Below are positions 62,101 to 64,000 of a stretch of 64,000 nt of DNA, piece by piece. The DNA is taken from contig NC_135759.1 in NCBI RefSeq assembly GCF_052425735.1, positions 45,446,001 through 45,510,000 on the forward strand. The letters are read 5' to 3'. The notes under the pieces were generated by a model, which did not search any database, was not told the DNA's origin, and was given only the letters and a program-made list of their open reading frames with translations. Made by a program: the position numbers and the translations under genes. The stretch is from Oculina patagonica. Taxonomy: Eukaryota. Each line of letters starts with the position of its first letter. The first letter of the stretch is position 1.

Positions 62101-63457
62101 TCAACTCTTTTCTGAAATTTGGGGCTGGAGAATTCGCATTGAGAATTTATTTTCCGCCGATTACGCACCAGTCCCGCTTCAGTACCTGTGGAAGAAAATG
62201 ATTACCACACGGGGAGGAGCTTTTACTCTTGGTTCGGCTTATCAATCGGTGCTATCAAACATTACATGGTTAAACCATGGAATGGACTCGCCTTTCTTCA
62301 AACAGCTTCAAGGTGCAATGAAAAATGACAAAATTGACAGCGAAAGGCTATCAATACGTTTTAATGTAGATATGTACCAGAAAGAATCAAACGAAAGCAC
62401 TTTTACCATGGGACGTCTCACAGGTAGAGCATTATTGTTTTTTCTGTTTTTGTCATCGTCACTGCTTTTGCCATTTTCTACATTAACTGCCACTACAGCC
62501 TGCGTAGCTGGTGGTGTTGGATTTAAAGCGCGCACAAACTTCCTCACCAAGCCCCTTTGTTGTGCGCGCTTTTAAACCCAATACCGCGAGCTACGCAGGC
62601 TACTGCCACTTTCAAAGCAACTGTCACCATCACCATCAACATCACCTTCATTTCCACTGTCGATATGCCTACTCTGGGACCCAAAATCGCCCAAAATCGC
62701 CTTAAGTCGCCCAAAGTCGCTCTAAGTATAGATATTTTCTGTAACAGTGCTTTATGGTGTACCATGTACATGTATACCACAACTGTCGGTCACCTAAAAT
62801 TGCCTAAAAGGTCACCTAAAATTGTCGTTCAAAGTCGCCCAAAATTGCCTTAAATCGCCCAATATCGCCCGTAATTTTGGACAAAATAAGCTAAAATCGC
62901 CTAAAGTCGCCCAAAGTTACGGCGACTTTGGGTCCCAGAGTAGGCCTTTATTTTTGAAATGCCAAAGTAAAATGTGAACAGGCATGTACAATTTACGAAT
63001 ACGTCTTAAAGTTTACATTCAGTTCTACAGGTTTTGTGCGAGCTTTGGGTTTTTTATTTTAAATCACACAGGTACAATTGGTTTGTTAGGCCGAAAATCC
63101 CCGCCGTACTTTACTCACGGCCGTATGATGAAGGCACTGTCGAGTAATCTTCAGGATGCACCATTTTATGTCGATAAAGCGAATGGAAAGGTGTTTGTAG
63201 ACTTTGGTAACACTTTACCAATAGATGAAAAGGGTAGTGTAGACACTGAAATCAGAGGTGATATGTTTGTTGCCGTGCCTGTTAACCAGAATCCGTCGCT
63301 GACTTGCTCTGATGATCTTCTGTGGCTTGGTCGCATTTATAACAAGGTTCCTAACTGGTATCAGAACACTGCTGGAGTACAGGCCTTCCCATCACTTGTA
63401 TCATTATCTCCTGCTGAGATAAAAACAATCAGCCAGCATCCACTGGTTGTTGCTGAG
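59197..63457 (+). CDS. Secreted protein resembling bacterial VioB/RebD/StaD-like proteins, 5' part (exons 59197-59356, 61088-61381, 62052-62423, 63072-63457; continues past the right edge)
   Basis: Phase-compatible GT-AG exons give MKVYSSFLLFVVTIALL... followed by MNYMLWPHLHFSGTFRADVSTVNN...WNPKGSGEW...AKMVDLDSEAQLFSEIWG...YQSVLSNITW...LSIRFNVDMY...GRLTGTIG...FTHGR...VFVDFGNTLP. This parallels the VioB N-terminal motif order as I recall it (MSILDFPRIHFRG...PTAN, YNAAG, RWVDSDP, IYAG, LFQF, LTVQY, MVGVVG, AGRLL, LNLACAIP). A possible microexon lies at 63865-63888, and the window ends on an acceptor-like ttttaag. Confidence 0.8.
62667..62946. mobile_element. MITE in intron 3 of the VioB-like gene
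   Basis: TIRs GCCTACTCTGGGACCCAAA / TTTGGGTCCCAGAGTAGGC with aaRtcgccYa subrepeats. Confidence 0.75.
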
Positions 63458-64000
63458 GTTTGTCAACAATATAAAGGTTTTGATACTAACATTGTGTTAT
63501 GATTGTTACTCTCAGTATTCTTAGGGTAATCTAAGCAAAAGGTGTAATTTTATTGCCGAACATGTTAGTAGCACTTCCCACATACAGTTATTATTTATTG
63601 ACCATTGGGTATAAACAAACCTTTAATTATGCTGACTACTGCATTATCAGGACTCTTTCCAATGGTAACAATTTACTACAGTTAAGTGGGACTCTTAGGA
63701 CCACTTGGGTCAGCACTGTTCTCTTGGTACACTAGTTAAAGGGAGATCTAGTATTTATGACTGCCTTAGAAGCCACGCACTTGGAGTGAAACTCATACGC
63801 GATCACTGAAACCTTCCCGTCTTGTTTCTCCGTTTTTTCCCCTTGTTTCTATCCATACCTTTAGGTCAAGGATATTCAGCTTTCCGCAGTAAGACACTAC
63901 CTCTCTGGAACCTCTATTTTCATTCACCCGCTGTAAACACTACCTCTATTGTTATTCAGGGCTAGAGGCATTGTTGTCACCTGTTATTTATTGTTTTAAG

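Noticed and set aside
59197-63457. Bacterial contamination as the source of the VioB-like sequence
   Set aside because: It has GT-AG introns containing host-type MITEs, host-like base composition, and is contiguous with animal genes.

Overview
AT-rich, intron-containing animal genomic DNA. The repeat repertoire and genes suggest a cnidarian, probably a stony coral (inference). Genes, left to right: (1) the first two coding exons of guanine deaminase on the minus strand, running off the left edge; (2) a complete Rab27 gene with two tandem, diverged, intact versions of its first coding exon (7231-7392 and 9539-9691); (3) a 13-exon PWWP plus IBD chromatin protein of the HDGFL2/PSIP1(LEDGF) family (19426-30855); (4) a minus-strand cluster of 12-cysteine Ly6/uPAR three-finger genes and relics (35.7-53.1 kb), in which two paralogs appear to have lost the GPI signal independently; (5) the 5' part of a spliced, signal-peptide-bearing gene whose core resembles bacterial VioB/RebD/StaD-like proteins (59197 to the right edge). 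Notable non-genic structures: a 2.3 kb element with split direct repeats and an att-like junction (inverted repeat / 8 bp / inverted repeat) inserted into a coding (AAC)n microsatellite, an intact minimal hammerhead ribozyme at 51054-51098, and a palindrome whose loop holds a 25-nt copy of the neighbouring exon. The rest is MITEs, SINEs, LINE and Penelope remnants, a 42-bp minisatellite and two N gaps. All family assignments are from motif recognition by eye; no database search was run.
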